Assembly (NCBI GenBank): GCA_963736115.1
Contig: CAVTNR010000002.1
Span: 96,001 to 160,000 of the forward strand
Reading direction: 5' to 3'
DNA: 64,000 nt
Origin: an uncultured bacterium
GTDB taxonomy: Bacteria; Zhuqueibacterota; QNDG01; DTFT01
Positions within the stretch are counted from its first letter, which is position 1. Each line of letters starts with the position of its first letter. The notes under the pieces are model-generated. The model worked only from the letters and a program-made list of their open reading frames with translations. It was not told where the DNA came from and ran no database searches. A program made the position numbers and the translations under genes. Below, in pieces: positions 18,700-29,600 of the stretch.

Positions 18700-19175
18700 G
18701 ATCCGACTTCCTCGATCAGAGCGACCGCCCATACCGCGACCGCTTCGCCGCGGCCGGTCGCGTCGAATCCCTCATTGGTCTTGGCCTTGACCGAAACCGC
18801 GCCGGCGGGCGCATCCAGCGCGGCCGCGAGATTTTCGGCCATCCGGGCTTTATAGGGCGACAGCTTCGGCGCTTCCGCGACCACGGTCGCGTCCACATTC
18901 ACCACGCGGTATCCCGCGTCCCGGACCTTGTCCCGCACGGCCGTCAGCAGGACCAGACTGTCCGCGTCCTTCCAGCGGGGGTCGGTATCCGGGAAATGCT
19001 CTCCAATGTCCCCCAGGGCCGCGGCGCCCAGGAGCGCGTCGGACACGGCATGACACAGGGCATCCGCGTCCGAGTGCCCGGTTAAACCCCGCGGGAAGGG
19101 AACATGTACGCCTCCGAGCCGGAGCAGGCGGCCCTCCGCGAAGGCGTGCAGGTCGTATCCGAATCCGATTCTCAG
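18696..19175 (-). CDS. ispF: 2-C-methyl-D-erythritol 2,4-cyclodiphosphate synthase
   Basis: The frame extends upstream of the track start: (CTG)RIGFGYDLHAF...GHSDADALCHAVSDALLGAAALGDIGEHFPD...VSVKAKTNE. Apparent CTG start. Confidence 0.9.
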   Translation of the reverse strand: MRIGFGYDLHAFAEGRLLRLGGVHVPFPRGLTGHSDADALCHAVSDALLGAAALGDIGEHFPDTDPRWKDADSLVLLTAVRDKVRDAGYRVVNVDATVVAEAPKLSPYKARMAENLAAALDAPAGAVSVKAKTNEGFDATGRGEAVAVWAVALIEEVGS

Positions 19176-19867
19176 AGGCCCTCCGCCGCGAGCCGCTCGG
19201 CGACGATCCGGTCGAACGGCGTCGTGATCTTGATGTTCGTCTCCTCCCCCTCGACCACTTCGACCGGCAGGCCGAGGCGCTCGACCAGGGCCGCGTCGTC
19301 CGTGGCGACAAAACCGTCCTTGATGGCCGACTCATAGGCGCGGACCAGAATTTCCGCGCGGAACGCCTGCGGCGTCTGCACTTCCCATAGGAGGCGCCGG
19401 TCCAGAGTTTCTTCCGCCCGGTCTCCCTTTCCCCGCTTGATCGTGGCTTTCGGCCGCACGGCCAGTATGGCGGCTCCGCTCCGGGCCGCGGCCGCGATGG
19501 TTTCGCGTATCCTGGAAACGGATACGAAGGGCCTCACCGCGTCGTGCACCAGGATGAAGTCCACGTCCTCCGGTACGGCCCGCAGGCCGCGGTATACGGT
19601 GTCCTGGCGCTCCTCGCCGGCTTCGACGATGACCACCGGGAGGCCGGACGGATTGCGGCCGATCCATTCCCTGACCGCGTCCGCGCACTGGGGCGAGACG
19701 GCCGCCACAATGCACCGGACTTCCGGAGTGCCTGCGAGTTTTTCGAGGGAACGGACGAGCGCGGACCGGCCGCCGAGCGGAATCAACTGCTTGGGAAGGG
19801 GGCCGCCCATGCGCTTCCCGCTTCCCCCCGCGGCCAGGATGGCCGCCGTTCTGACGGCTTCCGTCAC
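19172..19867 (-). CDS. ispD: 2-C-methyl-D-erythritol 4-phosphate cytidylyltransferase
   Basis: AAGGSGKRMG...PKQ, VHDAVRPF, VQTPQAF, TDDAALVE, NIKITTPFD. Confidence 0.95.
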   Translation of the reverse strand: MTEAVRTAAILAAGGSGKRMGGPLPKQLIPLGGRSALVRSLEKLAGTPEVRCIVAAVSPQCADAVREWIGRNPSGLPVVIVEAGEERQDTVYRGLRAVPEDVDFILVHDAVRPFVSVSRIRETIAAAARSGAAILAVRPKATIKRGKGDRAEETLDRRLLWEVQTPQAFRAEILVRAYESAIKDGFVATDDAALVERLGLPVEVVEGEETNIKITTPFDRIVAERLAAEGL

Positions 19868-19876
19868 GGCTCCCCC

Positions 19877-20905
19877 CTACAGGATGAGCATGGCGTCCCC
19901 GTACGAGAAAAACCGGTAGCGGTCGCGGATGGCCTTGCGGTAGGCTTTGAGGATGAAGTCCCGTCCGCCGAAGGCGCAGACGAGCATGATGAGCGTTGAA
20001 TTGGGCATGTGGAAATTGGTGATGAGGGCGCCGGGCACGCGCACTTCATGGGGCGGATAGATGAACTTGTCCGTCCAGCCCTTTTCGGCCTTCACGTGGC
20101 CGTCCGAGGTGACCACGGTTTCGAGCACGCGCACGACCGTGGTCCCCACCGCGATGACGCGGCCACCGGCGTTGATCGTCCGGTTGATGGCTTCCGCGGA
20201 TTTCTCCGAGATCTCGAAGAATTCCGAATCCATCTTGTGCCGCGTGAGGTCCTCCACCACCACGGGCCGGAACGTGCCGAGGCCGACGTGCAGGAGAATG
20301 GGCACCACTTTCACGCCCCGGCTCTCCAGTTTCTTGATCATTTTCTTGTCGAAATGCAGGGCCGCGGTCGTCGCGGCGACCGCCCCTTCCTTTCTGGCGA
20401 AAACGGACTGGTAGCGTTCCTTATCCACGTTTTCAGGCTCGCGCTTGATATAGGGCGGCAGGGGGACCTTTCCGATTTTCTGGACGATGTCGCTGAAATT
20501 GCCCTTGCAGTGGAATCGGATCACGCGGCCGCCGGAGACCGTGTTGTCCACGACCTCGCAGGTGAGCAGGTTGCCGACATGCAGTTTGTTGCCCACACGG
20601 ACCTTCCGGGCCGGCTTGACCAGGACCTCCCACAGGTCCTTTTCGAGCTCCCGGAGCAGGAAAACCTCGACCTCGGCGTTGGTCTTGTCCTTGATGCCCG
20701 TCAGCCGGGCCGGAAACACCTTGGTTTCATTGACCACGAGGCAGTCGCCGGCCTTCAGGTACTCGGCCAGATCCGAAAACTGCCTGTCCTCGACCTGTTG
20801 CGTGTCGCGGTGGAGCACCATGAGCCTCGACTGGCCCCGTTTTTTGGGTGGGTACTGGGAAATCAGCTTCTCGGGAACCGCGTACTTGAAATCACTCAGT
20901 TTCAT
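19877..20905 (-). CDS. queA: S-adenosylmethionine:tRNA ribosyltransferase-isomerase
   Basis: MKLSDFKY start, PLPPYIKR, LHVGLGTFRP, TNFHMP, YRFFSYGDAMLI. Confidence 0.95.
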   Translation of the reverse strand: MKLSDFKYAVPEKLISQYPPKKRGQSRLMVLHRDTQQVEDRQFSDLAEYLKAGDCLVVNETKVFPARLTGIKDKTNAEVEVFLLRELEKDLWEVLVKPARKVRVGNKLHVGNLLTCEVVDNTVSGGRVIRFHCKGNFSDIVQKIGKVPLPPYIKREPENVDKERYQSVFARKEGAVAATTAALHFDKKMIKKLESRGVKVVPILLHVGLGTFRPVVVEDLTRHKMDSEFFEISEKSAEAINRTINAGGRVIAVGTTVVRVLETVVTSDGHVKAEKGWTDKFIYPPHEVRVPGALITNFHMPNSTLIMLVCAFGGRDFILKAYRKAIRDRYRFFSYGDAMLIL

Positions 20906-20936
20906 CTCGTGCTCCGGGATGATGATGGTTGACTGG

Positions 20937-20999
20937 TTGAAGCTCCCCGCCGCTTGCCTTCTGTTTGAAGGCAAGCGGCGGGGTAAGCGAGCGATCAGA
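20937..20999. repeat. copy of the TTGAAGCTCCCCGCCG repeat forming a perfect 17-bp hairpin
   Basis: CCCCGCCGCTTGCCTTC-TGTTT-GAAGGCAAGCGGCGGGG at 20945-20983. Confidence 0.8.
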
Positions 21000-21000
21000 T

Positions 21001-22023
21001 TTAAAACAGCGATTGCTGGGGCGCCGCGCCCGGTGTCAGGCCCAGGGTCCGGTAAGCCAGCACCGTGGCTTCCCGGCCCCGGGGAGTCCGCTTCAGAAAG
21101 CCTTCCTTGATCAGATAGGGTTCGTAGATCTCCTCGATCGTTCCGCCGTCCTCGCCCACGGCCACGCCGACCGTGCCGATCCCCACCGGACCTCCTCCGA
21201 ATTTTTCGATGATCACGGAAAGGATGCGCTTGTCCATGTCGTCGAGCCCATGCGCGTCAACGTCGAGCCGCTCGAGCGACCGGCCGGCGACATCCTTCGT
21301 GATACAGCCGTCTCCCTCCACCTGGGCGAAATCCCGGATGCGGCGGAGAAGGCGGTTCGCCACGCGGGGCGTTCCCCGCGAACGGACGGCGATCTCGGAA
21401 AGCCCGTCCTCGTCCGCCTCAACTTTCAGCAGCCCGGCGGTGCGCCGCAGAATCAGGCCGAGCTCCGCGGGCAGGTAGTAGTCGAGCCGGTTCACCACGC
21501 CGAAACGGGCACGCATCGGGGCAGTGATAAGCCCCGCGCGCGTGGTCGCGCCAACCAGCGTGAAATGGGGCAGGTTCAGGCAGACGCTCCGGGCGTGCGG
21601 GCCGTGGTCGATCACGATATCGAGGCGGAAATCCTCCATGGCCGGGTAGAGGTATTCCTCGACCACGGTGCTGAGACGGTGGATCTCGTCGATGAACAGG
21701 ACGTCCCGGGGTTTCAGGTTCGTCAGGATTCCGGCCAGGTCGCCCGGTTTCTCGAGCGCCGGCCCGGTCGTGGTCTTGATGTCCGACCCGAGCTCCTGGG
21801 CAATGATGTTCGCGAGCGTCGTCTTGCCGAGCCCGGGCGGCCCGTGAAAAAGAACGTGGTCCAGCGCCTCGCCCCGCTCGTTCGCCGCGCGGATGAACAC
21901 ACGGAGATTCGCGATGACTTTCTCCTGGCCGACGAACTCCGCGAAGGCCCGCGGCCGGAGGGTCTGGTCGAAAGCCTGTTCGCCTTCGAGTGGGACGGGA
22001 TCGGTGATCCGGGTGTCGGTCAT
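21001..22023 (-). CDS. ruvB: Holliday junction branch migration helicase RuvB
   Basis: LRP...[37 protein letters not shown]. Confidence 0.97.
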   Translation of the reverse strand: MTDTRITDPVPLEGEQAFDQTLRPRAFAEFVGQEKVIANLRVFIRAANERGEALDHVLFHGPPGLGKTTLANIIAQELGSDIKTTTGPALEKPGDLAGILTNLKPRDVLFIDEIHRLSTVVEEYLYPAMEDFRLDIVIDHGPHARSVCLNLPHFTLVGATTRAGLITAPMRARFGVVNRLDYYLPAELGLILRRTAGLLKVEADEDGLSEIAVRSRGTPRVANRLLRRIRDFAQVEGDGCITKDVAGRSLERLDVDAHGLDDMDKRILSVIIEKFGGGPVGIGTVGVAVGEDGGTIEEIYEPYLIKEGFLKRTPRGREATVLAYRTLGLTPGAAPQQSLF

Positions 22024-22066
22024 GGTCGCTTGTCTGGGTCTCCGGTTGATCAGGCCTGATCGCCGG

Positions 22067-22654
22067 TCACATCATCCGCAGCGCGGCCTTCAGCGCTTCC
22101 TCAAGCGATGCGGACCGGTTTGTCTTCAGGACCTTGCGAACAGCTTCCTGAGCCATGACGCGCTTGTAGCCCAGGGAAACGAGCGCCAGCACCGCCTCCT
22201 CCTCGACGGGGGACGCCGCGCCGGCCGGCGCGTCCGGGCCAGCCGCAGGGGCCTCGCCGATCTTGTCCCGCAGTTCCAGAACGAGCCGGTCGGCTGTTTT
22301 CCGGCCGACGCCCGGCACCTTGACCAGGGCGGCCGCATCCTGATTGCGGACCGCGGCCTCGAATTCATCCACGGATATGCCGGACAGGATGTTCTGAGCG
22401 AGCCTGGGGCCGACGCCGGAAACGGAAATGAGGAGCAGAAAAAGTCGGCGTTCCGCCTCGGTGGCGAATCCATAGAGCTGAAGCGCGTCCTCGCGCACAT
22501 GCAGATGGGTCAGCAGGCGCACATCCGATCCCGGCGCGCCGAGCGCGTTGAAGCTCGATACAGGGATAAAAACCTGGAATCCGACGCCGGCCGTTTCCAC
22601 GACCGCCCAAGTGGGCGATTTCGCCGCCAGTTTTCCGGTGATGAAGGCGATCAT
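22067..22654 (-). CDS. ruvA: Holliday junction branch migration protein RuvA
   Basis: [48 protein letters not shown]. Confidence 0.95.
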   Translation of the reverse strand: MIAFITGKLAAKSPTWAVVETAGVGFQVFIPVSSFNALGAPGSDVRLLTHLHVREDALQLYGFATEAERRLFLLLISVSGVGPRLAQNILSGISVDEFEAAVRNQDAAALVKVPGVGRKTADRLVLELRDKIGEAPAAGPDAPAGAASPVEEEAVLALVSLGYKRVMAQEAVRKVLKTNRSASLEEALKAALRMM

Positions 22655-23148
22655 CGGACGTTTCCCCCGAAATCGGGTCCGCCGCTTCTGTACGCATGAC
22701 ACAACGCCGCGGCCAGCGCGTCCGCCGCGTCTTCCGACACCCGCGCCGGTTCCAGCTTCATCAGCTGGCAGACCATCCACTGCACCTGCGTCTTGTCCGC
22801 CCCCCCGTTGCCCGTCACCGAGGCCTTGATTTCCCGCGGCGCGTATTCCGCCGCTGGGACGCCCCGCAGGGCCGCGGCGAGCAGAATCACGCCTCGGGCG
22901 TGCCCCAGCCGGAGCGTGGTCTTGGCGTTGCTGGTGACATAGGTCTCTTCTACGGAAACCGCGTCCGGACGGACGCGGTCGATCAACTCCAGCACGGCTT
23001 CGTGAATGACTTTGAGCCGCTCGGGAAACACACAGGTCTGGGGCACACGGATCTCCCCGAATTCCGCCGCGGCCGCGGCTCCGCGCTCCATGCCGATTAC
23101 TCCGAAGCCCACGATCCGGGTGCCCGGATCGATGCCCAGAACCCGCAC
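22651..23148 (-). CDS. ruvC: crossover junction endodeoxyribonuclease RuvC
   Basis: LGIDPG, LGHARGV, GNGGADKTQV, DAADALAAALCH. Confidence 0.95.
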   Translation of the reverse strand: MRVLGIDPGTRIVGFGVIGMERGAAAAAEFGEIRVPQTCVFPERLKVIHEAVLELIDRVRPDAVSVEETYVTSNAKTTLRLGHARGVILLAAALRGVPAAEYAPREIKASVTGNGGADKTQVQWMVCQLMKLEPARVSEDAADALAAALCHAYRSGGPDFGGNVR

Positions 23149-23155
23149 GCGGCCG

Positions 23156-23896
23156 CTATCCTTCCATGTCCTTCAGGTCGGCGTCGAAATTCGAGTACAC
23201 GTTCTGCACATCGTCCAGGTCCTCGAGCGCTTCCATGAGTTTGACGATCTGCTCCACCTGCTTGCCCACAAGTTTGACGGTGGTCTTGGGGTGGTTCGTG
23301 AGCTCGGCCGACGCCACGGGAATTTTCTGCCCCTCGATCGCCTCCTTGACCTTCGGAAACGCGGACGGGGGGCAGACGATCTCATAGCCGTCCTCGTCCG
23401 CGGTCACATCGTCCGCGCCCGCGTCCAGGGCCAGCTCCATGAGCCTGTCCTCTTCGCAGTCCGGCCGGTTGACGTAGATCACGCCCTTGTTCTCGAACAT
23501 CCACGAGACGCATCCGCTTTCACCCATGTTTCCGCCCAACTTCGAAAGCGCGTGCCGCACCTCGGAGGTGGTCCGGTTCGGATTGTCCGTCAGCGTATGG
23601 ACCAGAATGGCCACGCCGCCGGGCCCGTATCCCTCATACATCTTTTCGTCGTACACGACGCCCGGCAGTTCACCGGTTCCTTTCTGAACGGCCCGGGTGA
23701 TATTGTCCTGCGGCATGTTGGATGCCTTGGCGGCCAGCAGAGCGGCTCTCAGCCGCGGATTGGCTTTTTCATCCCCTCCGCTCTGACGCGCCGCTGTGGT
23801 GATTTCGCGTATGAGCTTGGTGAATATCTTCCCGCGCTGCGCGTCAAGCTTGCCCTTTTTATGTTTGATGGTGCTCCACTTATTGTGACCGGACAT
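23156..23896 (-). CDS. yebC: YebC/PmpR family protein
   Basis: MSGHNKWSTIKHKKG, YEGYGPGG, TDNPNRT, LEDLDDVQNVYSNF. Confidence 0.95.
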   Translation of the reverse strand: MSGHNKWSTIKHKKGKLDAQRGKIFTKLIREITTAARQSGGDEKANPRLRAALLAAKASNMPQDNITRAVQKGTGELPGVVYDEKMYEGYGPGGVAILVHTLTDNPNRTTSEVRHALSKLGGNMGESGCVSWMFENKGVIYVNRPDCEEDRLMELALDAGADDVTADEDGYEIVCPPSAFPKVKEAIEGQKIPVASAELTNHPKTTVKLVGKQVEQIVKLMEALEDLDDVQNVYSNFDADLKDMEG

Positions 23897-24077
23897 GGAT
23901 CCTCCTCGATCAGGCCGTCAGATGCCTGTCGCTGATTCGTGTGCGTCCCATGATTGCATCGCCCACCGGTTTCTGACGACTCCGGCAGGTCCGATTCCTC
24001 CCGGATTGCGGCAGGAAAGAGGTTGTCCCGGCTCGCGTCATTTTCTCCGCGAAACCAGAAAACCGGTAACTTAAATA

Positions 24078-24106
24078 AATATAATCATTTTTTCAATTTT
24101 TTTCAA
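24078..24106 (-). promoter_or_regulatory. sigma70-type promoter of the yebC-ruvCAB operon
   Basis: Minus strand TTGAAA-N17-TATATT in an AT-rich patch. Confidence 0.6.
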
Positions 24107-24120
24107 GGACAAAATCACAG

Positions 24121-24178
24121 AAAAAAACTCACTCTCCATTCTTTCCGTAATGATGGAAAGGATTTGGAGGGTGAGTTT
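24121..24178 (-). terminator. probable terminator after the SPOR gene
   Basis: Long imperfect inverted repeat AAACTCAC..CTCCA / TGGAG..GTGAGTTT followed by a T-run on the minus strand. Confidence 0.55.
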
Positions 24179-24234
24179 GAGTGGTTTCGCCGGCTTTCAT
24201 TCCGTCCGGGTTCAGCCGGATGGACGAAAAGCCG

Positions 24235-24747
24235 TCATTCGCCGGATTCCACTGCCGCGACCACGTTCGATTTGACAATCCATGCGTCCTGAAAACCGCT
24301 GGTTATCACTTCCTGCTTGAGAAGCCTGGCTTCGTCAAAAGTCCGGCAATCACCGACGCGGACCTTGTAATTGGGTGATTCGAAAATCAGGTAAATTTTC
24401 GCTTTCAGCTTCAACATCGCTTCCTTTTTCAGGTCACGCGCGCGGTTTTCGTCCGTCGTGGCCGCGAGCTGGACGCGGTACCCCTGGATGGTCTCTTCCG
24501 CGCTGTCCGTTCTCCGGTTTGTTTTAGCGACCTTTACCGGCTCATTGTCCGCGCCCTTGCTTTCGGTCTGATCAGGCGGAATCACCTTGAATGTGTCGTC
24601 ATCCAGAGTCAGGGGATCGAAATTTTCATCATAGGCTCCGGTTCCAGGCTTGTTTTTTTCCGCATCCGGTTTTCCTCCGACTCGGCCGAGCGAACACGAA
24701 AGAAGCGGCAAAACAATAAATAACAATAGGATGGCGGTTTTTTTCAT
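24235..24747 (-). CDS. SPOR domain-containing lipoprotein
   Basis: Lipobox LLSC; C-terminal GYRVQL...PNYKVRVGD...GFQDAWIV. Confidence 0.85.
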   Translation of the reverse strand: MKKTAILLLFIVLPLLSCSLGRVGGKPDAEKNKPGTGAYDENFDPLTLDDDTFKVIPPDQTESKGADNEPVKVAKTNRRTDSAEETIQGYRVQLAATTDENRARDLKKEAMLKLKAKIYLIFESPNYKVRVGDCRTFDEARLLKQEVITSGFQDAWIVKSNVVAAVESGE

Positions 24748-25053
24748 GGCGGATCCTCTGTCGAATAACGAATGGATGCATGGAATCAGAATCGACTGTA
24801 ACGTAATTTACGGATGAAACCGCCTCGGTTCAAGCGGATTTTATCCCGGCCCATCCGTTTTCGCTCCAACGGATAGCCGGGCTCGGAGAAAAACCGGTTG
24901 ACAAATCCGAATTTTATTTTAAATTTAACAAAAATATTCCCATCAGGGAAGAAGGAGGTGAGCGCAGGAAGCACCCCTTTCTCGCGATTTCGAGAATGGT
25001 CAAGCGGAGTCTTTTATCCGCAAAGCGCAATCTCACACAAGGAGGAGGCTGTC

Positions 25054-26523
25054 ATGAGTCGTCGTATGCTGAGTGTTCTTATGCTTCTCGCACTCGTTTC
25101 GTCCGTTTTCGCCAGCAACGGCACGCAGATCGGAACCGTCGGCGCCAAGTCCACTGCCATGGGCAGCGCGTTCCGCGGCCTGGCCGATGACTGGAGCGCC
25201 GTGTATTTCAACCCGGCCGGCGCCACCCAGTTCGGCAAATGGGAAATCGGCTTTTCGGCCGGTATGATCATGCCGCGGGGCAGTTACGAAGCGTATCCGT
25301 ATCCGGCCGCTCCGTTCGCGGGGATGAAGACGGAAGAAGTGGATGCCGAAGCCAGAAACTTCCTGGTTCCGGCTCTGGGCATTTTCTACAAACCCTGTGA
25401 AAAATGGACGGTCGGTCTCGGAGTCTATGCCCCGAACGGCCTCGGCACCGAATGGGATCTGATGGACGTTCCGGCGGGGTACGGACCCTCCGCGATGACG
25501 AAGGAGAAAGAACACTTCAGCGACCACCAGGTTATCGACATTCAGCCGACCGTGGCCTACAAAGTGACGGACAAGTTTTCCGTGGGTCTCGGCGTGAAAT
25601 ACACGTGGGGGAAGATGGTCCTCGACCAGGTGGCCTTCCCGTTCAATCCGCTGCTCCCCCATGCGGCGACTCTTGCGACCTTCGGGCTCCCGTGGAGTGC
25701 AGACTACAATCGGCTCATCGCCGCAAGTAACCTCGACGGATCCGGATCCGCTTTTGGCGCGAACCTTGGACTCCTTTATAAATTTTCGGACAAGCTTTCG
25801 GTGGGTTTGAGCGGGCGTTACTCCACGGACCTCAAGCTCAAGGGCAGCATGAAAACGAAGGTTATTCTGCCCACAAATGCGGCTTATTACAGTGCATTGG
25901 TGGCTGCGGCTCAGAATCCGGCGTATGCCGCCTATGCGCCACTGCTTACCCAGGCCGCGGGCGCATTCTCCGGCGCCACCTATCTGGATGAGGACGTCGA
26001 CGGCATCGAAGCCGCATTGCCCCTTCCGTGGGTGGCCGGCATCGGCGTCGCTTTCAAGCCGATCAGCAAGCTGACTCTCACCGCGGACGTTTCCATGACG
26101 AACTGGAGCGCCTGGGACCAAGTCGAAGTTAAGAAGGGCGACGATGTGCTCCAAACCCTCCTGCTCGACTGGGAAAATACGCTGGAAATCGGAATCGGCG
26201 CCGAATACCTGGCCTGGGACGCCGGATGCAAGAAGCTGTTTGTCCGGGCCGGCGGATACACCGTGCCTTCCCCGGTGCCGGATGAAACGATGAATCCGAC
26301 ACTGCTCGATCCGAATACCCGCACGGTGATCACGGCCGGTCTCGGCCTGAACCTCGGCAAGCTCGCCCTGGACCTTGCGTACGAAAACGTCATGTTCGGG
26401 GAAAAGGAAATCGCGGAATACAATCCGGTCAATTCTCCGGACGGTATGTACGAAAATTTCGCCGGCAAGTACAATTTCAACGCGAACGTGTTCACGCTGG
26501 CGGTTTCGTATTCGATTCCGTAA
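25054..26523 (+). CDS. OmpP1/FadL family outer-membrane transporter
   Basis: Signal peptide, AMGSAFRGLADDWSAVYFNPAG hatch motif, GLGVYAPNGL, beta-strand pattern; SD AAGGAGG. Confidence 0.9.
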   Translation: MSRRMLSVLMLLALVSSVFASNGTQIGTVGAKSTAMGSAFRGLADDWSAVYFNPAGATQFGKWEIGFSAGMIMPRGSYEAYPYPAAPFAGMKTEEVDAEARNFLVPALGIFYKPCEKWTVGLGVYAPNGLGTEWDLMDVPAGYGPSAMTKEKEHFSDHQVIDIQPTVAYKVTDKFSVGLGVKYTWGKMVLDQVAFPFNPLLPHAATLATFGLPWSADYNRLIAASNLDGSGSAFGANLGLLYKFSDKLSVGLSGRYSTDLKLKGSMKTKVILPTNAAYYSALVAAAQNPAYAAYAPLLTQAAGAFSGATYLDEDVDGIEAALPLPWVAGIGVAFKPISKLTLTADVSMTNWSAWDQVEVKKGDDVLQTLLLDWENTLEIGIGAEYLAWDAGCKKLFVRAGGYTVPSPVPDETMNPTLLDPNTRTVITAGLGLNLGKLALDLAYENVMFGEKEIAEYNPVNSPDGMYENFAGKYNFNANVFTLAVSYSIP

Positions 26524-26553
26524 GGATTTGATGAAAACTCAGGGGTAACAGAG

Positions 26554-26591
26554 AAACGCTCCGGGAGGTTCCGAACCTCCCGGAGCGTTTT
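26554..26591. terminator. bidirectional terminator between convergent genes
   Basis: Perfect 17-bp stem AAACGCTCCGGGAGGTT-CCG-AACCTCCCGGAGCGTTT. Confidence 0.85.
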
Positions 26592-26677
26592 AATTATCGG
26601 ATCATCATGACCCACCCCGGGATATTTTGTTTCCGGAAGACCTGGAAGGCCGGCGGCCTTTCAGGTCAGACTCTTGC

Positions 26678-29600
26678 TCACCGCATCAGCAGCATCTTCC
26701 GCTGCTTCACGAAATCCCCGGCCTGAATCGAAATCACGTACACTCCGGACGCCACAGGCCGTCCGCTGTCGTCGCATCCATCCCATCTGGATTCGTAATA
26801 ACCGGGATGGAAAGGCCCGTCCTCGAGAGTCCGCACGGTTCGGCCCCTCAGGTCGAATATCCTGAGTTTCACGGGTCCGGGCTTCGCCACCTGGAAGGGC
26901 ACGGCCGTGGACGGGTTGAAGGGGTTCGGATAATTCGGCTCGAGCCCGAAACGATCCGGCGCTTCCCGACGGGTCTCCACGGCCGACGGTTCGAACCGGA
27001 AATGGTGGACATAATCGCACACCGTTGAATTGCCCTTGCTGTCCTGCGCCACCACGCCCCAGTAATAATCCCCCCCGGACCGCGGCGACACGAACAGCGT
27101 CGTGTCCGGAATGAGCGACATCTTGAAGATGCCGGGGCCGGTCAGGTCCGGCGAAGTGGTGAGGAGGAAGCTGTATTTCACGCCGTCCCCATGATCCGGA
27201 TCCTGCGCCGCGCGCCACCGGAATTCCAGGGGGATGGGCCAGAGGTCGAGGGTCGTATCCTGCTGGGGATAGATCAGGGCAAAACGCTCGGGCGGATCCT
27301 CCACCGGCAGGACCTTGACCGTGAAGGTGTCCGCGTCGCTGATGCCGTAGGGGTCGATGGCCGTGATCACCACAACTTCCGTCCCGTTCCAATCCCTGCC
27401 GGGACGGATGGTCATGGTCCGTTCAGGGTAACTGACATCAAAAAACAGGTGATACGATCCAGTGAATTCGAAAATCATCGTTTCGATGGGGTCGTTGCGG
27501 TCCGCGACGTACTGCGCCAGCCAGCTGAAGGAATACGTCTGCGGCTCATCCTCCCTGAGGATCAGGTCCGGAAATCCGCTGACCACGGGCGGATCGTCCG
27601 GCACGTAGAACCGCCCGGTGATCGACAGTGGTTTCGCCACTGTGACCGTCAGCGGGTTGTCCGCACTGGTGATGTCACCCCGCCAGTTCAGGAACGGGTG
27701 GGCCGTGTCTTCCGCAATAGCCGTCAGGGTCAGGCTGGTGCCGAGCGTGTACCAGTCGGCCGCCGGAGCCCGCAGAATACGCGCCCCCGGCACGCTGGCC
27801 GGAAAAACGGCCGTCTGCACCCGGCACTGGGCGTCCCAGCGGGCCCGTTCGATGATGGGGCCCTGGACCGTGCACCGGATTTCCGGGGACGCGGACGTCA
27901 CGGATCCCGGGCCCGTTCCGATCCATCCCGCGAACCGCTGACGCGTGACGGACGTCACGGAAGCGGCTGTATCGATGCGCACCGTGGCCGAAACGCCGGA
28001 GGCGTACCACCCCTCGCCGGTGTGAGTGCCGTAATCCGACTGCACGTCGAGAAAATACTGAGCCCCGAATGTCGCGGTGATCCGCTGGGTGGTCCCCGTC
28101 ACCGTGATGGTGTGGGTGCGCGGCAGGCCGTCGCTCCAGCCCTGGAAGGCGTACCGCGTCGACACGCCGTCACCCTGCAGGGAGTCGACGGACAGCGTGA
28201 TCTGGGCCCCGGCCGTCTCGTCGAATACGACAGGCGCCGCGGCTCCGACGCCGTTGACCTTGACGACCAGGCCCGTCGGATCCGTGTTGATGAACACATT
28301 GCCCTGCTTGAAATGGGCGGTCACGGACTTGGGGCCGTCCACGGCCAGAATCAGCGGATTGACCGTCCCCGAAGCCGCTCCCGACCAGCGGGAGAAACCG
28401 TATCCGAGATCCGCCCGCCCCACGGCCCGGAGCTCGACATTGCCGCCGGCCCTGCTCCATCCGGATCCGGAAGTGAAGGGCATGACCGAACCGGTTCCGG
28501 CCGGGTCGATCGTGATCGAGACCCGATACTCCACATTCCATTCGGCCTCTTCGGTCACGGGATTGAGCATCAGAACCTCGCCCGCGGCGTCCGGCCCGGT
28601 ATAGGACCCGGATCCGATTCCCTGCCAGCCGGCGAACCGGTTCCGGACTTCCGGACTGCTCTGCACCAGCGTGTCGCAGGAGAACTGCGCGCGCGTGCCT
28701 TCATTGTACCATCCCGTTCCCGCCGGCGTGCCGTATTCCGACACCACGACCAGCAGGTATTGCGTGCCCCACTGGGCGGTTTCGGTGATCGGCCCGCTGA
28801 CCGTCACTGTCTTCTCCCGGATCGGTCCGGTGTAAGCGCCGGTTCCGCTTCCGAACCAGCCCGTGAACCGGACGCGCTTGCCGGTCTGAATCGCGACGGT
28901 CGAGTCGCAGACGATGACAGCCGTGCCGCCCTCCGCGTACCACCCTTCACCGGAAGGAGTCCCGTGTTCGGACACGATATCCAGAAAATATTCCACGCTC
29001 CACTCGGCCGTTTCAACGATCGGCCCTTGAACCGTAATGGTGGAGGGGTTCTGCGCGCCCGTGTATGCGCCCGCGCCGGTTCCGACCCACCGCACGAAAC
29101 GGTTGCGCCGGCCCGGGCCGGTCGGAACGTCGGTGGTCACGGAAAACGTCGCCGTGCCGCCGGCCGCGACCCAGGCCGATCCGGTCGTCGTCCCGTACGC
29201 GCTGGTGACGCGTACATAGTATTCGCCCGCTCCCCAGAAGGCTTCCTGGATGATCGGGCCGTTCATCGTGACCGTGGCGTTCAACTGGGTACCGGAATAA
29301 GAGCCGCTGCCTGTGCCCTTCCAATGATTGAACTGGTAGCGCGTGGTGCCCGCCTCGTCCAGAGCCGTGGCGTCCACGGAGATCGGCACCTGCGTTCCCG
29401 CGTCGTAGAAATCCGATCCCCTGGGATGCGCGTTTTTCCCGCCGTCCAGCACGCCGAGGAAGTACTGGATCTTGTAATTGGCCGTATAGGTGGCCGGCGT
29501 GGTGCCCACCGTGATATTGTGCGCGATGAGCCCGAGGTCGCTCCAGGACGTGTACAGGTACCGGGTGTCATCGGTGATATTCTGGATGAGCGGCGCTTCA

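Noticed and set aside
24945-24985. Riboswitch in the fadL-like 5' leader
   Set aside because: Only one imperfect hairpin is seen, with no recognisable aptamer consensus.
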